DNA of 64,000 nt from Eimeria praecox (Eukaryota). This document shows, one piece after another, positions 1-15,400 of this stretch. The notes beneath the pieces were generated by a model, which searched no databases, was not told the origin of the DNA, and saw only the letters and a program-made list of their open reading frames with translations. The stretch is taken from NCBI GenBank assembly GCA_963920595.1, contig OY986947.1, positions 2,852,001-2,916,000 of the forward strand. Reading direction: 5' to 3'. The stretch's first letter is position 1. Each line of letters begins with the position of its first letter. The position numbers were made by a program, and so were the translations under genes.

Positions 1-3000
1 CCGAAAATTGGCATGCTGGATGCACCTCAACCAAGATCCCACCAACAGCCTGCATTGTAGTTGAAGAGATGCCCTTCCACAGGACTCTAGCAACTCATGA
101 TAGCATGCTTAAGAATCCAAAACTTGTCCCAAATAAGCACATTGCCGCATACAGCGTCCCATGGAGTATGCTACTGGCTAATCACACGGTAATAGCCTGA
201 GCACCATCAGCCAAACTAGCTTAGCAAGCCACAGAATATCTACCTGAGTAATTCATGGGTTCATAATGCTGCCTCGTGCTGCCCGATTCTACTCTCAGCT
301 GGAAACCACACCTGCTGGCTTCCATACTGAGCTCATGCTATCGGCGGGCATTGAGACAAACAGTAATCCAACAACTACAAGTATTAATAAAATGATCTGA
401 GGTGGCAGCTCGGGGCAACTCGAACTACGGCGCTTTAGTTAGATATTGTAAAACGTATGCCTACAACAATTTGCTGTCTCCTTAGTCAACCTCACAACCC
501 CTGAAGGTAACTCAAAAACAATACGGGCATGAAGTTGCCGCTTCACCCACTTTAGGGAGGAGGGCATCTCTGCAGTACCATGCTGGCCTAGTTGTTCTTT
601 AGCGACTGAACTCGCTACATTTAGAATTAAGGGCCATCCATTTCGATTAGATAAAAGCGGAAAATGCAACAACGGAAAAACGCCTGCGCACGGTGAAATG
701 AACTCGTGGACGGCAAATCCCGCATCTACAGCCACTAACACTCTCGCCCAAGCACCTGCGTGTGTTTGAGCCATTCCCAACTGCGAACAAAGTCGTGACT
801 GGCCGTAATTACATATTGGCTACAGCTGGGGTCCTGCGGGAGTGTTTTCCAATTGAGAGACGCTGCACTCATTTCTGTAAGCCTCGTCGTATTTTGTGGC
901 TGTTGTTTTGTTTGTCGAAGAACGGCTGCTTGGCGATTCCATTAAGCAACAGGAAGGATAATCTAGCAATTTTGCTGCCAGCATTCACTGCTCAAATTTT
1001 TCCAAGCCTTGATGGCCGCGCGCAGCATCCGTATGCAGCCGCTAGGAACTCAGCAAAGCGTGTGTCATGCACGCAGGTTAAGCACAAATCTACACCTATA
1101 TTCTTCTTCCGTGTGGAGCAGCCACTACACTTTCAGCACTGCCCAATCAAGCAAAAGCGGCAATAACTCACAAGCTCAACCATATTATGGATGGCAATAT
1201 GCCCCTGCATGCATCCCATCGCCAGCGGCAATACTGAGCCACCTCCGCACGCACAAATGCATCTTAAGTTGCTGCTGGGTGTTTCGTGTTTCGTGTAATG
1301 AATGGAACGCGCTGGGTGCGCCATCAAGTGTACGCAGTGCGTCTGTTTACAAAACGCTGTCAAGACCAGACTCACATGAGCAGCACAAACGCCTTACGCC
1401 ACCGCGATGCCAGCAGTGTTCCTGTACTGCACTCAACAAGCGGTTCGTACATACCGGAAAAATTGCATTAAAATACTGCACGCAGTTGAAAGGGTACAGC
1501 CTCATATTTATCCAAATGGAATCTGCTATACTAACCATTAAACCCCTTTGTCTCCCTTCAAGGTAGTTCTTAGAGCAATGAAATGCCTTTGTGAGTGTAC
1601 TGCTTACTGTCCGCGTGCATTTCTGCAAATAGCCTCTGGTGCACTAAACCCGCTGCTCCTGGTGATTCCGTTTATCCATCAGCTCAAATTCACACAGTTT
1701 GTGGAGCTCCTAGAAATTCGATGGTTTGTCTTGATAGAATAGCGGTGGCCACCAGACTGCTCTACCTAAAAAGTGCTGCTGCGAATGCGAAAAATCCTTC
1801 TTAGGTGAGTTGAGGTTGATTTACGGACGAAGCAGATAGACGTTTGGAGGCCTCTGACCCGGATGTTTGCTCGCACGCTCAAAGCCACAAGCAGCAGTGT
1901 GCTCGCTGAAGCTAGCAACCCAAACATCTTTAACCTCCTTGATGGCCTCATCTCACGAAAAGGTGCCAAGTTTGCCCCATCACGAACTGTTTTGCTGTTT
2001 ATGAGGCGAGCGCCTCCGTACTCCCTGCGAAACGCATATTTAGGTGCGACTTCAAGGCTGGTTGCAGGAAAACAATGATGGCCCAAACGCCAGAGCAAGA
2101 ATAGTATAATAGCAAACAAGGGAACTGACGTAGGTTTTGGCGACGGCTATTTCATCCCCTTTGCGATTTACAGAGAGCTTGCAAGCATAAGCACAAACTT
2201 TCCAAACGAGCAAAGCTGGCACACACTGTAGTTCTACTATTCGGCCAGTGCCACGCACGGTCTTTCAATTCGTTACAGGCCTGAGAAGCAAATTTTATCG
2301 GACGGCTTCTTAAGCTGCTTGACTGTGTGGCACCCAATCTCAACCCGAATGAACTGTTGAAAGGAGAACCCTAGTGAGATGTCTTTTACAGACACTTCGA
2401 GCGTCTCATCACGACCGCAGATAGTATGCTGCATAGCCAAGTCAGCTGAACGGTTTTGCTGCATACAGTATCGACCCACTAACACATATACGTCGTTCTA
2501 CGCGGTGTTGGATATCCCGAGCACGGGTCGGCTCACAGCCTGAACAAAAGTTGAATAACAGGCATGCTACGTCACAGGATGATGAACTTTGAACTCACTC
2601 CACTGTATTTGCATAATGCCATGTATACCCAGAGGAAAGCGAACAAGGACTAACACGTGCTGCTGAGGATATTTTTGCACCTGCATTTTGTCGAATGCGA
2701 GGCTTCCGTGCTCCTCCGGAGAACTCTTACTTGTGCGACTAATTTCACGGAGATGTATTCTAGCCTCGTACTCTAAAAAATGTGGATGCACGAATCTCCC
2801 CATTCACGCATAGCTCACCTTTCCGGATAAGCCTCGTGAAGCAATGCACTTACTTCCTGCACATCATTTAGTGCCTATTTAGGGAAACTGTTTAGACTCA
2901 CGGAGAGCGGAAGGCGATGGGAAATGAACATCTATGTAAGTTAAATTACGGTTTCTTTGTCCACAAAGTGTTGTGGAGTTTAAGCACTCCAACAAGGCGC

Positions 3001-6000
3001 ACTGCCTGCCAGGGAACTCCAATAGCCTGAAGAGCATCAAGTGAACCAATACGCGAATAATGTCTTGGGATGTTTATCAGGCTGCCATCCCTTGCCTTCA
3101 ATAAGGGGAAGCATACTCCCATAAGGTACTCCGCAAAAGCATTTAAGCCTACAATATACTGGCAACAGCACCAGTGTGAAGGTCTGTTGCGCTAATGGCG
3201 AGCGAATAGACGTCTCAACGTAGGTGAATTATATCGGCGCCCAACGCGTAATCATAGTGCCGCCAGATAGCCTTGCCATTGCCAAGCGCTTCGCATACTC
3301 CAAACGCCAAGACATTTTAGTGGCCAGCTACCGCTGAACTTCTTCTCCCCTATTTCCGTTTCATACCAGTGGTTAAGAACCAGAAGTCCTTTCCGGTACG
3401 GCGCTAGGTAGCTCGAATGTAAACGAGTTCCTGTCTTTTTAACGATCCCTTGGCCGCTGCCTTTCACGAAGCGCACGAGCTGCACCCGCATAAATCGTTT
3501 CTGATTTTGTTCGCGCCTTATAAGGGCTGGGGTGGAACTGGGAGCTTCCAAGCGGGTCATGGACGCAAGTATAATCGTCGTTCGCAACACATCAGCTCAT
3601 CGAAAGTCCCCCAAGAAATGCAAAAGGCGGCGAACAGCAAGTGAGCAGAAGGAATAAGCAGTCTGTATATTCGAGTCAAAAGGAGAATCTCGCGCATATA
3701 GAGGTCGATGATGGTGCTTGCACTCCATCCCACTAACCTCAACGAGATTTGCAGGAGCACCCTTGCCAGTGGCATCACCCTGCTTGAAGCATGCTTCTTC
3801 AGGCCCACAGTCTGGAGCAAATGCAGAGATGTCCACTTAATTCTGCAAAAGCATGTTCTAAATGTTGTGAATTGCCTGCCGGCTAGCTAGAGGGACGTCA
3901 TCTCCAGCAGTGTTGTTAGGCTAAAAGTACAGCACAAATGTATAGACCATTTTGCCTCCAATCCAACTTACCCACTACAAGCCCGGATAACGACTCTTAG
4001 GCTGCACAGACTTGAAAGCTAATACAGTTGCCCTACAGAAGATAAGCAGCCCTAACGGGCCTTACGTGTGCTTTTATGGACAGGTTAATCCCATTTCCTT
4101 GCTGCGAGCGATCCACGACTCTTTTGTGAACAGAAGCTCTCCGCAGACAGACGATGGAGCATTCTTCATGATTGTGGAAGAAAGCCACCAGCTGTATTGT
4201 CAAACTAAACTGTAAACACATGGACCACTGCAGCCACGGCAGGTGAATAGGCATGTCATGGCAAAGGGGTCCTCTCCCCCCACGGTGGTCCCCTGTAGAA
4301 TAGATCACTCACAGCCTGTTGATAAAAACACAGTTGCGGTATCCACGCGCATCACGGTCTACGACGAGGTGGCTTCCAGAGTGTGTATTCGCAGCGAGTA
4401 CGTTCGCCAGAGGCCTTCGTTGTAAAATGACCAAAGTATCCCCTTTTAGGATAGCAATGCAACAGCTGGTTTTGAAAGGAAGCCTCCGTCGCTATTTTTT
4501 CCTATCGAGGAAATGAAAGATCCAGCTCGCTACGCCAAGCATGAATGTGGGGAGCCTTGGTGCACTTTGCATGCTGTTCGCCTACGAACACTCCGCTGAG
4601 TACCGCAGTTCGGAGGTCACGGATTACTTCCTCGTTTACCATTCACCTCCAATGGAGTGTCCAGTGTGCCGGGTTCTCGCTAAACCGTGCCATGACTCTA
4701 TAACATCTGCAGAATATGAATGGTCTTGATTCTGCAAGGTGTTATAGGGCGGCCATGACGCACGAACTGCAGTATCAGCTCAGTCTGTCGGTTGGTGTAG
4801 TTCCAACACAGCCCACTAGCAGCATGCTGAAACGTTAGGGAAGGAAGCATCTAAGCAATGCTTTCCACCTATTCCCGCAGGTATGAACCAGGAGAAAGTA
4901 CAGGCCACTGGGAGTGGACAAATGTTGAGCGTTCGCCCAGCAGACACAGACACGCTTTTATTCGTTGGGTGCCATATCAACCAGTTTCGGGAACGCAGGC
5001 CACATGTACAGCAAATCTCAGCCAACTCAAGAACCAACAGTTCGTGCCATGCTGATCGCGCAAAAGGATAATGCAAGCCTAGTGAATCTGTGCAAACATA
5101 TGGCGAGTGGCAGCTGCCCTAGGGAAGCGCGTGCCACAGAGCGATAGCTTCCAGTATACAACAAACCTCATATAGTGTATTACTTATAGGCGGTACAAGG
5201 CTGGCTTAAAATAAATGTGCAAATATTGCTTTCCAGGGACCATGGTTCAAAGCACCGCATCCACAAATATGCTGCTATATGGAACAACATAGTGCAAACT
5301 ACCTGGTTGCCAACTGGTGGCCCAAACCATAAGGCTGGTATCGTTGGTTTTCCGCGAAAGGAGAAGACAACTCAAAAAGTTCTTACAGGCTGGCAAATCC
5401 AACCATTTCGTATTCCAGGCAGTTACTTAGCAAGCAGCATAACAGCAAGCGCAGCAGTATGAGGTGCAGCAGCGTAACTGGCATCCAATGGTCTATAGGT
5501 GGTTACGTATTGTAGATACGTGTTAGAATAATAAGAAAGCTAGCATGCCCAGACGAAAAACAATCATTACTAGGCTGCTATTAGGTAGTAACTCTGCCTA
5601 TATATAGTCTTTTCGCTAGCGATTGCATGCTGCGCATTCTCAAAGCTTCGGATTGTATGCACGTATCTGGGCAATCAAACTGAGGACAATTTGGCCACAA
5701 TTTCACGCAAAGAATTTTTCCCACTACACGGCGGGCAAGAACGTTACAGTTCTAGCAAGAACTGGCCTATCGTACGCTGTACAAAATTCCACAACGGCGG
5801 TGCTGGCCAAGCCCACCGTAAGGGCCAGCTTGCATCATACTTGCTGTAAATTCAGCGTGCTCGTCTATATTCCAGCAGATTGAAGTAGTGTATATCCATT
5901 GTGAATTGCCATCTTGTGGATGCTCGTCGGAAACCAGCGCTAAGCTCCAGTGCTTTTGCACTCGCACAGGGTGGCAGCACAGAGCGGGCAGGCCCCTTAG

Positions 6001-8700
6001 AACTTCGAATGCCATCTCACACTGTAATGCAGCTCCCTGCAGCGCGTCCAGTTTGGCCAGCCGCTTGACATGCTTCTCATGCAACGAAAGGTATATTGAT
6101 ATTCACTGTGGTGTTCTGTAAGGAACAAGCAAGCGTCGGTTTCTTTTCCGTACCACCGAAGTAAGCACACGCACTGACTGAACTCCAGATGATCCTTCGT
6201 AAAGTTTGCAGATTTCGCTCATGGCTCATCCAGTGAACAAGATAAGGCCAGAAGCATAGCTCCTGCGCTGCCGCTGTTTGCGACTAAGACAGAACACAAC
6301 AGGATGAGCCAGTTGATTAGCACCAGGATTGAGGGCACACCTTTTCATGCGACGCACTGACAAATACTACTATGCCGTCCTGCCCTGCTTTTAAAAAGAC
6401 CCATCATGGCCATTAAAGAACTCAAAGGTAAATGCTTCGCAAATATGCTTTTCAGCAGCAAGGGCACGCGAGAACCACGAGCACGAGCCTGCGTCGCATG
6501 GGGCATGTCTGCTGAAGGTCTTTTTGTGTAGCCAGCTGTCTTTGACAGATCAACTGGTTAAGCAAAAAGACGCTCGTTTATCCTCATTTTACAAACAGTT
6601 TGACCGGCTGCTGCAGCATCGGAACGGGGTCTCGCCCACAACTTCATCATGCACTAGAGTTGCACCTCACGACTGCGTCGATGCAACCAGTGCCTCAACC
6701 GCCGGTTAGCAGTTTCCCAGTATGCCTCTTCGCTGTTTCTTGCAAACGCTCAGGCCCGCCTGTTTATCTAACCCAGAAACCAACGAAGCAGATGAAAAAG
6801 AAGCTGCAGCCTACAGTTTATCTGTATATCAATACACACAGCATCTCCCCAAGGCAGATGCTCAGTCAGCCTCGGCAGCATCAATAGAGGTCTCTGCGGG
6901 CTTGGCCTAGAGAGCGGCTGGTTGCCCTCATCAGGAAGCGTGAACAAGGGCCGGAAAACAGAGCCATCCTGACAAATTGTGTAGCTGTGAACGAAGGAAG
7001 AAAAACGAAAGGGTTTGGTAGCCCTCTTCAGATAACCTCCTGAACAGAGAGACCAACCTGCTGCTATCCATTCAAATACGCCGCAGCTAGTGTCCCAAGC
7101 ATCTCGCGCAGCTGCCAGGACCCACTTCCTATGTACCATAAGCCGTTCCATACTGTATCTGATTCAGGCGCGTGGCCAGCTAATGCCACACAGCCGAAAC
7201 AGAAGCACGTGCAGCACAAAATAAAGCCCATTGCAGCCTCTTCTACTATGAGATGAACTTGAATGCGCAAGCCACCGTTCTAAGGCCCGCCATCCATAAA
7301 GAACGACAAAATTCGGTTTCGGCCCGTTGTATCGAACATATTGCCTAGGAACTAGGCGTTTTGTGGTGCTCAGCCATACGTCCTGTACGCAAAGTTCGCC
7401 TGATCAGCTTAACTCCGCTTAGGGATAGTGATAGAGTTTCCCTAGATGTATTCTTACCTGATGCAATCGCTGCTCTACGAAGCGAAAGTTGTGATGAAGA
7501 AGGGACTGACACTCACGCACTACGATACGATACATGATTTGTTTGAGGCATTAGTCTTGAATATTAGGCACTTCTGTCAGGGGGAGGCGATTGCATACCT
7601 TCGTGGCTGTACTGTGTGCAACAAGCAACGCACAAGCTAAATGTTGAATCATTTTTTTCCAATGTTGCCTAGAACATCCACTAGGCTTTACGCGGCCAAA
7701 ATGTGTAGGAATACCCAGCTGATAAGCTCAGCGGAGTACTTGTGAAAGGCTACAGGATGCCATATGCGTACAACCTGCAGGATGAAGGTTTAAAATCCTA
7801 GCATATGCTTGAGGCGCATATCGCGTGTCTAGCCTCATCCGAGAGGTTATCTAGGGAATCCCAATGAATGCAGATTTACTTGTAGCTTACAACCGAACAG
7901 GAAGGTGATGCAATTAGTGCAGAACGCAATGGGTCCAGTAACAATAGTCGACGAAACGCACAAGCTGAGCCTCCATCGGCACCTCTGCATAGGGCGTTTT
8001 TGATATAACTTTACAAGCGTGCCTGCGGACAAGGGTTCTGTAGGCTGCACAAGATTGACTAAGCCGAAAACGACTTTATCCCTAAACCACAGGCACTCTG
8101 AAGGACACTGAAAGATCAAAAAACTTTTCAACTGGATGTGCACACCACGTAGCCAAATGCCAAGCTCACGGCAAAATTTACGGGTAGTTACAGCTGTCCG
8201 TCATTCAATTACATACTTCCTGCGAGACAGTACAGCCCCCGCTCCAAAGTACATTCATCGGGCCCGCCCGTTGAAAAATAGCTTAATGTCGTTTCCTGCC
8301 TTTGGTCTTTGGCGTGACATGTTCGCTCAGCCGTTGGTGCGTCTGCCTGCCTGGCATGCAAGCATGCAAACGCCATTTACAGCCCATATTCCATACGCCC
8401 TGCATCGAACCCACGACTGCGCAAGCAGATTGATAAATGAAAAATGAAGAACCAACATACCGTTTTTTGAGCCCATTGAGCAACACTCAACAGGCAGCAA
8501 GGGCAAGCATCACCTCGTTAATATTAACTATGCTTGATTTTCCTCGCAGGCATTTACGAAACTAGCAAGGGTTTGAGCCTTACGCACTGCCCGTTGGAGT
8601 ACAAACGAAGCAGCAATGGCAGGGTCCCTTCGAAGCTTTCACTGACTCGTGTTGCTCCACTTCTGGCGCAAAGCTTTTGCCTGCTTTTCCCCTTTCACCT

Positions 8701-9022
8701 GAGCAAGACGACGCACTGCCTGGATATTATGGGATGGCCGCAGGCCCTGTTTGTGTCATTTCCAAAGCCTAGCGAGGTAATAGCCTATAAGCAGACCGGC
8801 TATTCTTACCATATTTTGCCGCTGTGTAAAAAACTGGTAGAGCTGTTTTTGGAGGTGCTAAGCAAGAGCAAGACGGCGCACGTCCTGGATATTACGGGAT
8901 GGCCCCAAGCCGTGTTTTTGTCATTTCTAAAGCCTAGCCAGGTAATAACCAATAAGCAGATCGGCTATCCTTACCATATTTTGCCTCTGTGTAAAAGAGG
9001 GTAGTGCCTTTTTTCGAGGTGC
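8701..9022 (+). repeat. Diverged tandem duplication, period 165 bp
   Basis: GAGCAAGACG(A/G)CGCAC...CTTACCATATTTTGCC...GAGGTGC at 8701 and 8866. Confidence 0.9.
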
Positions 9023-12000
9023 AGTCTTGTGCTATCAAGGTCGGGTTTGCTGTTTCTCCCAAGACCTACTTCCTGCCCAACGAAAACACCATGTCAAGTT
9101 AGGTGAGACTTAAATCCGCTACTACCGATCATGACTAATGGCCATTGGCACATATTGTGCCCTGCCAGTCCTTTCTATTAAGCTTTCACTAAGGAATACC
9201 AACTCTAGTCTGAGGGTCCAAAATGCTATCCCTTTCAGAAGTAGCATACCTTCTGACAAGCGCGGCGAGGGGTGGCCTGTTTTTTGTTAAAGGCAATGCG
9301 CTCCATACAACTGCTCCACGCAGCATTCCAGCACGATAATGCATTAGTCACTGCTTGGAAACGCAGCCAGGCATCGTTGCTACGCGTAATGTAGGCCATT
9401 CACCCGGCTCAGAAACATATGCTTTAATCTCATTGTGCAGTAAACCAAAGTGCAGCTTTCCCGACCATTCATCACACTACAGCCCACTGAGATGCCAGAC
9501 TGCTTGCCCCTTTGCTTGCTCATCACTTCCTAAGACGCACAATCTTGAAGTTACAATATTATTTTGAACGCAGAATTTGCCACTATTCCCACATGCGCGT
9601 GCAGGGTTACAACCTTTTAACAATAACGGGCTGACGACAGCAATGCATGCCTCCAGTCATTCAGCGGCGTGTTTGCGCGGCTTGCCGTTCTCGGTAAACA
9701 GGCCCATACAGCCAAATCACTAGCTCCATGGTACCGCTTTACACTGTACATGAGAAAATGAGGAAGCAGCTCCCTTGAAATCCTTAGCTTGCCAGCATCC
9801 ACAAACGTCAACGCGAACCCGTGCGCATATTCGCAGGCTAGACCACTGGATATTAACTATGCGACACACTTGCTGGCAGTTCAGTCAGAACTTGTATAGT
9901 CGTTTCTTGCAAATATCGAGGAACGAAGACGCGTCTGCATGTTTAAAAACACGTATATGATGAGCATTTGCTCTTCAACAGCCTGAATGTTTACAATAAA
10001 CTGCATTCCGTTCGCATAAAACGTGGCACAGAGGTGTGCGTTCCCTGAGGTCCTCGAATACTGTGCATATGAAAAGCTTCGCTCATCTTGAGCCTTCTGC
10101 AGTAAGCCATGTAACTGACGAGCTAATGTACGCAGTAGTAGGGCATATTCGCCTCGAAGACAGTATGTAGTGTGAAACAAAGCTCTCGTAACCATAGCAC
10201 TGGCTTTAAGTGGTACGAGCGCAACCAGGATAGTACAAGAGCTGGCTAATCATGCAACTTTCAACCAACGACGGACCTGACCACGCCAACTCTTAAGCAA
10301 TAAAAACAAGCTGCACGCGTTGGCCACAGTAAGCATGGTACAAACCTCACAAATTTCGCAGTCTGGCTAGATAAAAACACGCAACCAATGAGTCTTTAAT
10401 GCAGCCGCTTTCTGCACCTGGCGTCACCCTTGCAGTCCACCGAAACACACGGGCTTTAATATCCAAAAGGAGCAGCAACAAAGGGCCAGCATATTATAAA
10501 TTGAGCATTAACCGAGAATAAATATGAGAAACAAAGATGAGTGCAACGGGGCGCTCAACCATAGGTCGCTGCTCGAAAGTCGAGTAGCACAGCATGCCAC
10601 GGTAAATCAGTCCCCGTCAGAGCGTACATCACACAGCCTAGAGCCACTGAGAAGCAAATTAGCAGCTTGCATCTTTCCTTTAACCCCTATTTTGATACGT
10701 ACCGTCTAGGAATTCAGGAATATAGGTCCACGCCGTGCATGACCTTTCAGAAAGAGTGCCTTGAATGTAGCCTGACATAGCCAACTTCACCTTGCCCCAT
10801 TTTCCTCCCACGCGTGTAAACTAATCGATCTGCATAGTGCTGCATCAAATCAAATAAGCATGCCCATAAAACGTGTAAAACGCACTATCTATCGCATTGC
10901 ACCTCCCGAGATGCTCTTTAGTTCCGTAGGAAATGGAATACGTGGTAGTGCAAGCAAGAGTTTTCTCCGAGCGTGCAGGCCGCGTTGGCTTCGTTGTTTT
11001 TTCAGTGACTCTGATGAAAACTGTCCACCCAGTCTTCGAGCTCGACCAAATCATCTGTATTTTTGGACGCACCATATCTGAATTGGCACGGGTGCGCCAC
11101 TTAGGTGGTTTCATAGGGCCTTGCCGTTTGCAAGTACAGCGCTCCGGTTGATTCCAAACCCCTTTTTAACAGTACGCTCTCACACCCAGCTTGACATACA
11201 GTCTGCCAATGTCCACAAATATAAGTGCTAGCCATCGGTAGGAGACCAGATAAAAGACTGCAATTTGGCAAGCCTCACGCCATTTATTTAGAAACAGAGC
11301 CAATGCCAACGCTGATGTGCTTTGAGAGACAAACATGCAGGTTTAGCCGAGTTTCCACGCTGCTTCAATGCCAAAGTGCAGTATGTCTGCTGGCGTGGCA
11401 ATGGCACCATTTGCGACGCGGGCATGAGGCAGGCCGGATTAAACGTACATGCTGGAAGCATCAGAAGCACTCAAGCGTCTGAAGTGCGAATGTACAAACC
11501 CAAGGAGGATAATCACCTATAGCTGCGGTGGTGTCTTACGTGGAAACGTCTGTGGGCGCAGAAGGAAAGCACATCCGCCACCAGTTGGGTGGACCTCAAT
11601 TAATTGGCTGCACCTGATCTCCGGATTGGTTTGATGTGATGTTTCAAGTGTGTGATGCATGCATCACACACTTTAAAAGTCACTACCGCTATATGTTGCA
11701 GAACGTCCTAGCGGCGACGATGAACTCGCACATTAGCTGCACACTGTGAAGTATTGCAATGCATCTCCGACAACTTCGTCCGTAAGACAGAGTTTAGCAC
11801 ATCCAAACTAGACTGATCCAAAAAGGTTCACAACTAGTATAAGCAATGGAATAATGTCCATGGCTGCGTGAGCGACGTCCGTAGCATGCAGCGCACTCCC
11901 TACAAGTCCAGTATCTACAATCAACGCCCAGGGAATCAGCCAATCGATTTACGTTGGCTGCTCTATTGTACGCTTGCAAAGGGTTATGAAAGCAGAGCAT

Positions 12001-12441
12001 AGAGCAGGATTCTTGCATACGGAAATGGCAAAAAAACCTGCAAAGCAATGTATAGAGTGCTAAGCTCGTAGCACCACATGTGAGCAGTCCAAAGGTGCAC
12101 AGAGTAAGACATATGGGGAGTACGGTGTTGATTGCAAGAAGGACGCACTGCCTATGAGCTCAGACACCTTCCTTAGATGTCCACATCGACACTAGACAGA
12201 GTAAAGTGCTTTTGAAGTTTAGCAGCCGTATGAACGAAATTCTGGGAGCTCCTGCACTTGCTGCCGCATGCGGTCCATGGTACCTACAGGCTGAGAATTC
12301 GGTAAGGCCCGTGGGTTTCTAGCACAAGTATGGATGAACGTTGTCGGGCAAATCCCTTCCAGCTTGACGCATTTCCTTAAAGTAGTTCAGGGGTAAGCAA
12401 GGCTGGCATCATCGTACGACGAACAGCAGTATTTTTGATTG

Positions 12442-12442
<1 letters not shown>

Positions 12443-12486
<44 letters not shown>
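12443..12486. repeat. (TA)n microsatellite
   Basis: Directly visible. Confidence 0.98.
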
Positions 12487-12487
<1 letters not shown>

Positions 12488-15400
12488 GTAGTGGCTTATT
12501 GTTGTGCAGTTAGGGCAGTGATTTTTGAGAGGTAAGCAAGGTGCCCTTGCCGGAACGTGCGTCTTGCTAACCTCACCACGATACTCACGTGCTGCAGGAA
12601 CCACTTGGTTGCTCAAATTCCTTCGCCTCAAGCATTAGTTCTGGCAGATGGGGGGCGCTAGCTGCAAAATAGTGGATTTGACGCAGATGTTAAGTGCGCA
12701 GGAGTTTATGCTAGCTGAGAACCACTTTAATACGCACTTTCTGCAGTATGCAGCCGAGAAGAACATCAGGAGGGCACTTCTACTCACAATTTTGCAACGA
12801 TGAGTACAAGTGCGGCCAAGAACAGCCCTATATACTGTGTCCACCGATATTCCAAGATGTGCGCGTGCCACATAACGTAACCAACGAAGTACGCACGGAA
12901 GGCTGAACTGCCATGCACTCACCAGCTGTTTCCAAACGGCTAGGATACCTCTACGTGCCGGTGTTCAAGTAGGAGATGCAGCAAGCGGCCAGAAACAGCA
13001 TACCAGGCAATTACGCCCAGAAATACTTTGCCGTATATTGTCTGCTTTCCATAGACACATTTGTAGCCTCAACGGAAGTGTAAACTCAAGTGCAGAACAC
13101 AACGTACAATCTGAAAGCGGCTGAGGAAGTCCTAGACAGACCACCCCTAGCAAAAGCAACATAGCTGCACTACGGATTCCCCTAGCAAAAATTGCATGAC
13201 CCAGGCTGAAGAACAAGGCTGCCCTTCAGAGCCCTAGTCGACGAACAGGCTAGTGCGTCAAAAAAGTCATAAAGGCGCACTGGCAACTGAGAAGTGTTCG
13301 CACAAGCACATAAGCACCGTAGATGCCCTTATGTGGGCTACTTAAAGCCCCGACGTATCCAGTCTTTACGGTTGGAGTCTGTACTATCAACAGCAACGGG
13401 GGCACGCCACTTAGCAACTCTAACAGCATTTGGGGCTCGAGGAGCACAGAGATATAAGCAGTCCGGTCAAAACAAGCTTTAATATGCACAGACCATATGC
13501 GCATACTATCTGAAGGATCAACGAGTCCAACCCACGTCTTTTTAGCAGCAAGAATTGGACGCAAATTGCTTGTCGCTTGAGTACCCACTATGAAGGGCAT
13601 ATGGATACGGCATATTGCTCCGTTGCAGCACACCATTTCGACTTTAGCTTTGCTTTGCAGGTTAAGGAAACCCACTCCCTTAATATGCAGTTTGAAAAAT
13701 AATTGTCCTTCTGCTTACGTAGGGCAGAGTAATCGAACGACGAGCTGTCTTAGACCTTTCTATGTAGAAGTGCCACCTGGAAGGCGAGGCGCACCCTCGG
13801 GAAATGAGCCAACCGCGGCCAGAAACAGCGGCAAATTCCTTACGTCCTGAATAAATGCGTGCATAAGTCTCTACCTAGCTTAAAACTATTGCACTCGTTC
13901 TATCAACTTGATTCAGGGCATCAGAACGAAGAGGGCACCTGCACACGCATGAGCCTGTAGCGACTTCACATAAACAGAAAATCTGGCAAACGAGTTTCTA
14001 AAGTATGTGAGACGCCAGGATGCACTAACAACTCTACCTTTTGGCTGACTGCTCAGCGATAATATCCCGAATTCCAGTCAGCGCAGCGTCACGTACCTTG
14101 TTTCAACCGCAAACGCACTTGCTGCAGCCCGAAAAGGAAATTCCATTTACACTCACCCAGTATAACAGAGTTCTAGAAAAGCCCATCCTAATGCATAGTG
14201 CGCGTATTTCCCAACTAGCAATTTGAAGAGGCACAGACGGTGATGGCAGCTTAGGTCCTCTTTAGCTGTATCCAAATGAGTAAACACGTACAACCTGCCA
14301 AGCCGGCAGTATGCCTGGAGCTCTGACAGCTCCATGTTCTAATGCGTATAAACAACTGCTCAGTGGATAGAGCTTTTGGCTGTTAGCAAAAAGCAAAAAA
14401 CCCCTGCTTCTTAGAGCTCGGATTATAGAATCGAATGCCTGGAATAAGGGCTGGCTTCACCCACTAGGAAGGCTAAAAAATACAAGGATGCGCATGAAGT
14501 GCAGCAACGCGGCAGCATGCCACGTTATCTTTACCATTGGGGGTACTTTTCCAGCCTGCATGAATTGCAGGCGACGCACATCCTTTGTTTCCCAGGTTTC
14601 GCCATTATGTAGTGCAACAACTTCCAGGACGAAGCTAGCGCTTCTGCTTGGAAGAATACTTGCCACAGGGCGCATAACGTGCCACTGCATGCTTCGTAGC
14701 AGTCACTGATCGGGCACCGCTCTGGTTTTACGGCATTTCATCAAACAGAAACGTAGCAAACGCTAAGCGCAGGACACGCAGCGCAGATAGATTCAATTCC
14801 AGCTGTTATAGCAGCGCCTACTGCTAGTGGGGCAGCTACTCAGCATGGCGCACGGAGCACAGATATTTGTCTTAGTAAAGAGCGTTACTGGCAAGCTGTT
14901 GCGACTACAGATAAGGCTTCACTGTGGCACACCAAATCAGGAGAGAGGCACCTTTTGTTCCTCATGGCTTGTCACTATTCTCATAAAAACTGCAGTTGCC
15001 ACTCCTTTCTTTATGCTGATCTGAGCAGCCATTCAGGCGGACTCTAGGTAACTCCTATAGAGAAACCATGAGAAAAAGCGGTTCTACCCCCAGCAAATGC
15101 CATGACCCCTACTCTTCGTTGTGCCAGAACACACCTGGAAGGCCTCTGACGTACTAACTAATTTATTGAGCCTCCTATAGCCGTACGCCTCTAGCCGAAA
15201 CTGTAGGTGTTTGTGTTCACTTCTCACACTAAATGCCATTTCATAAAATGCCATTGACGCAGAAAGCTCTTCAAGATGCCTGTTTTGCGTTGCCACCCCC
15301 AATTACATCAGCAATTGCGGGGTGAACCCAAAGCAGCCCATCAAAAAATGCAGCTGCGCGAGCCAAAACGGTGCGGCATGCCTCCGTTCTAGCCACATGT

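Noticed and set aside
3540..3640. HFLGDFR..MTRLEAP as a rhoptry-kinase DFG/APE remnant (minus strand)
   Set aside because: No upstream HxD catalytic-loop motif or other kinase subdomains were found.
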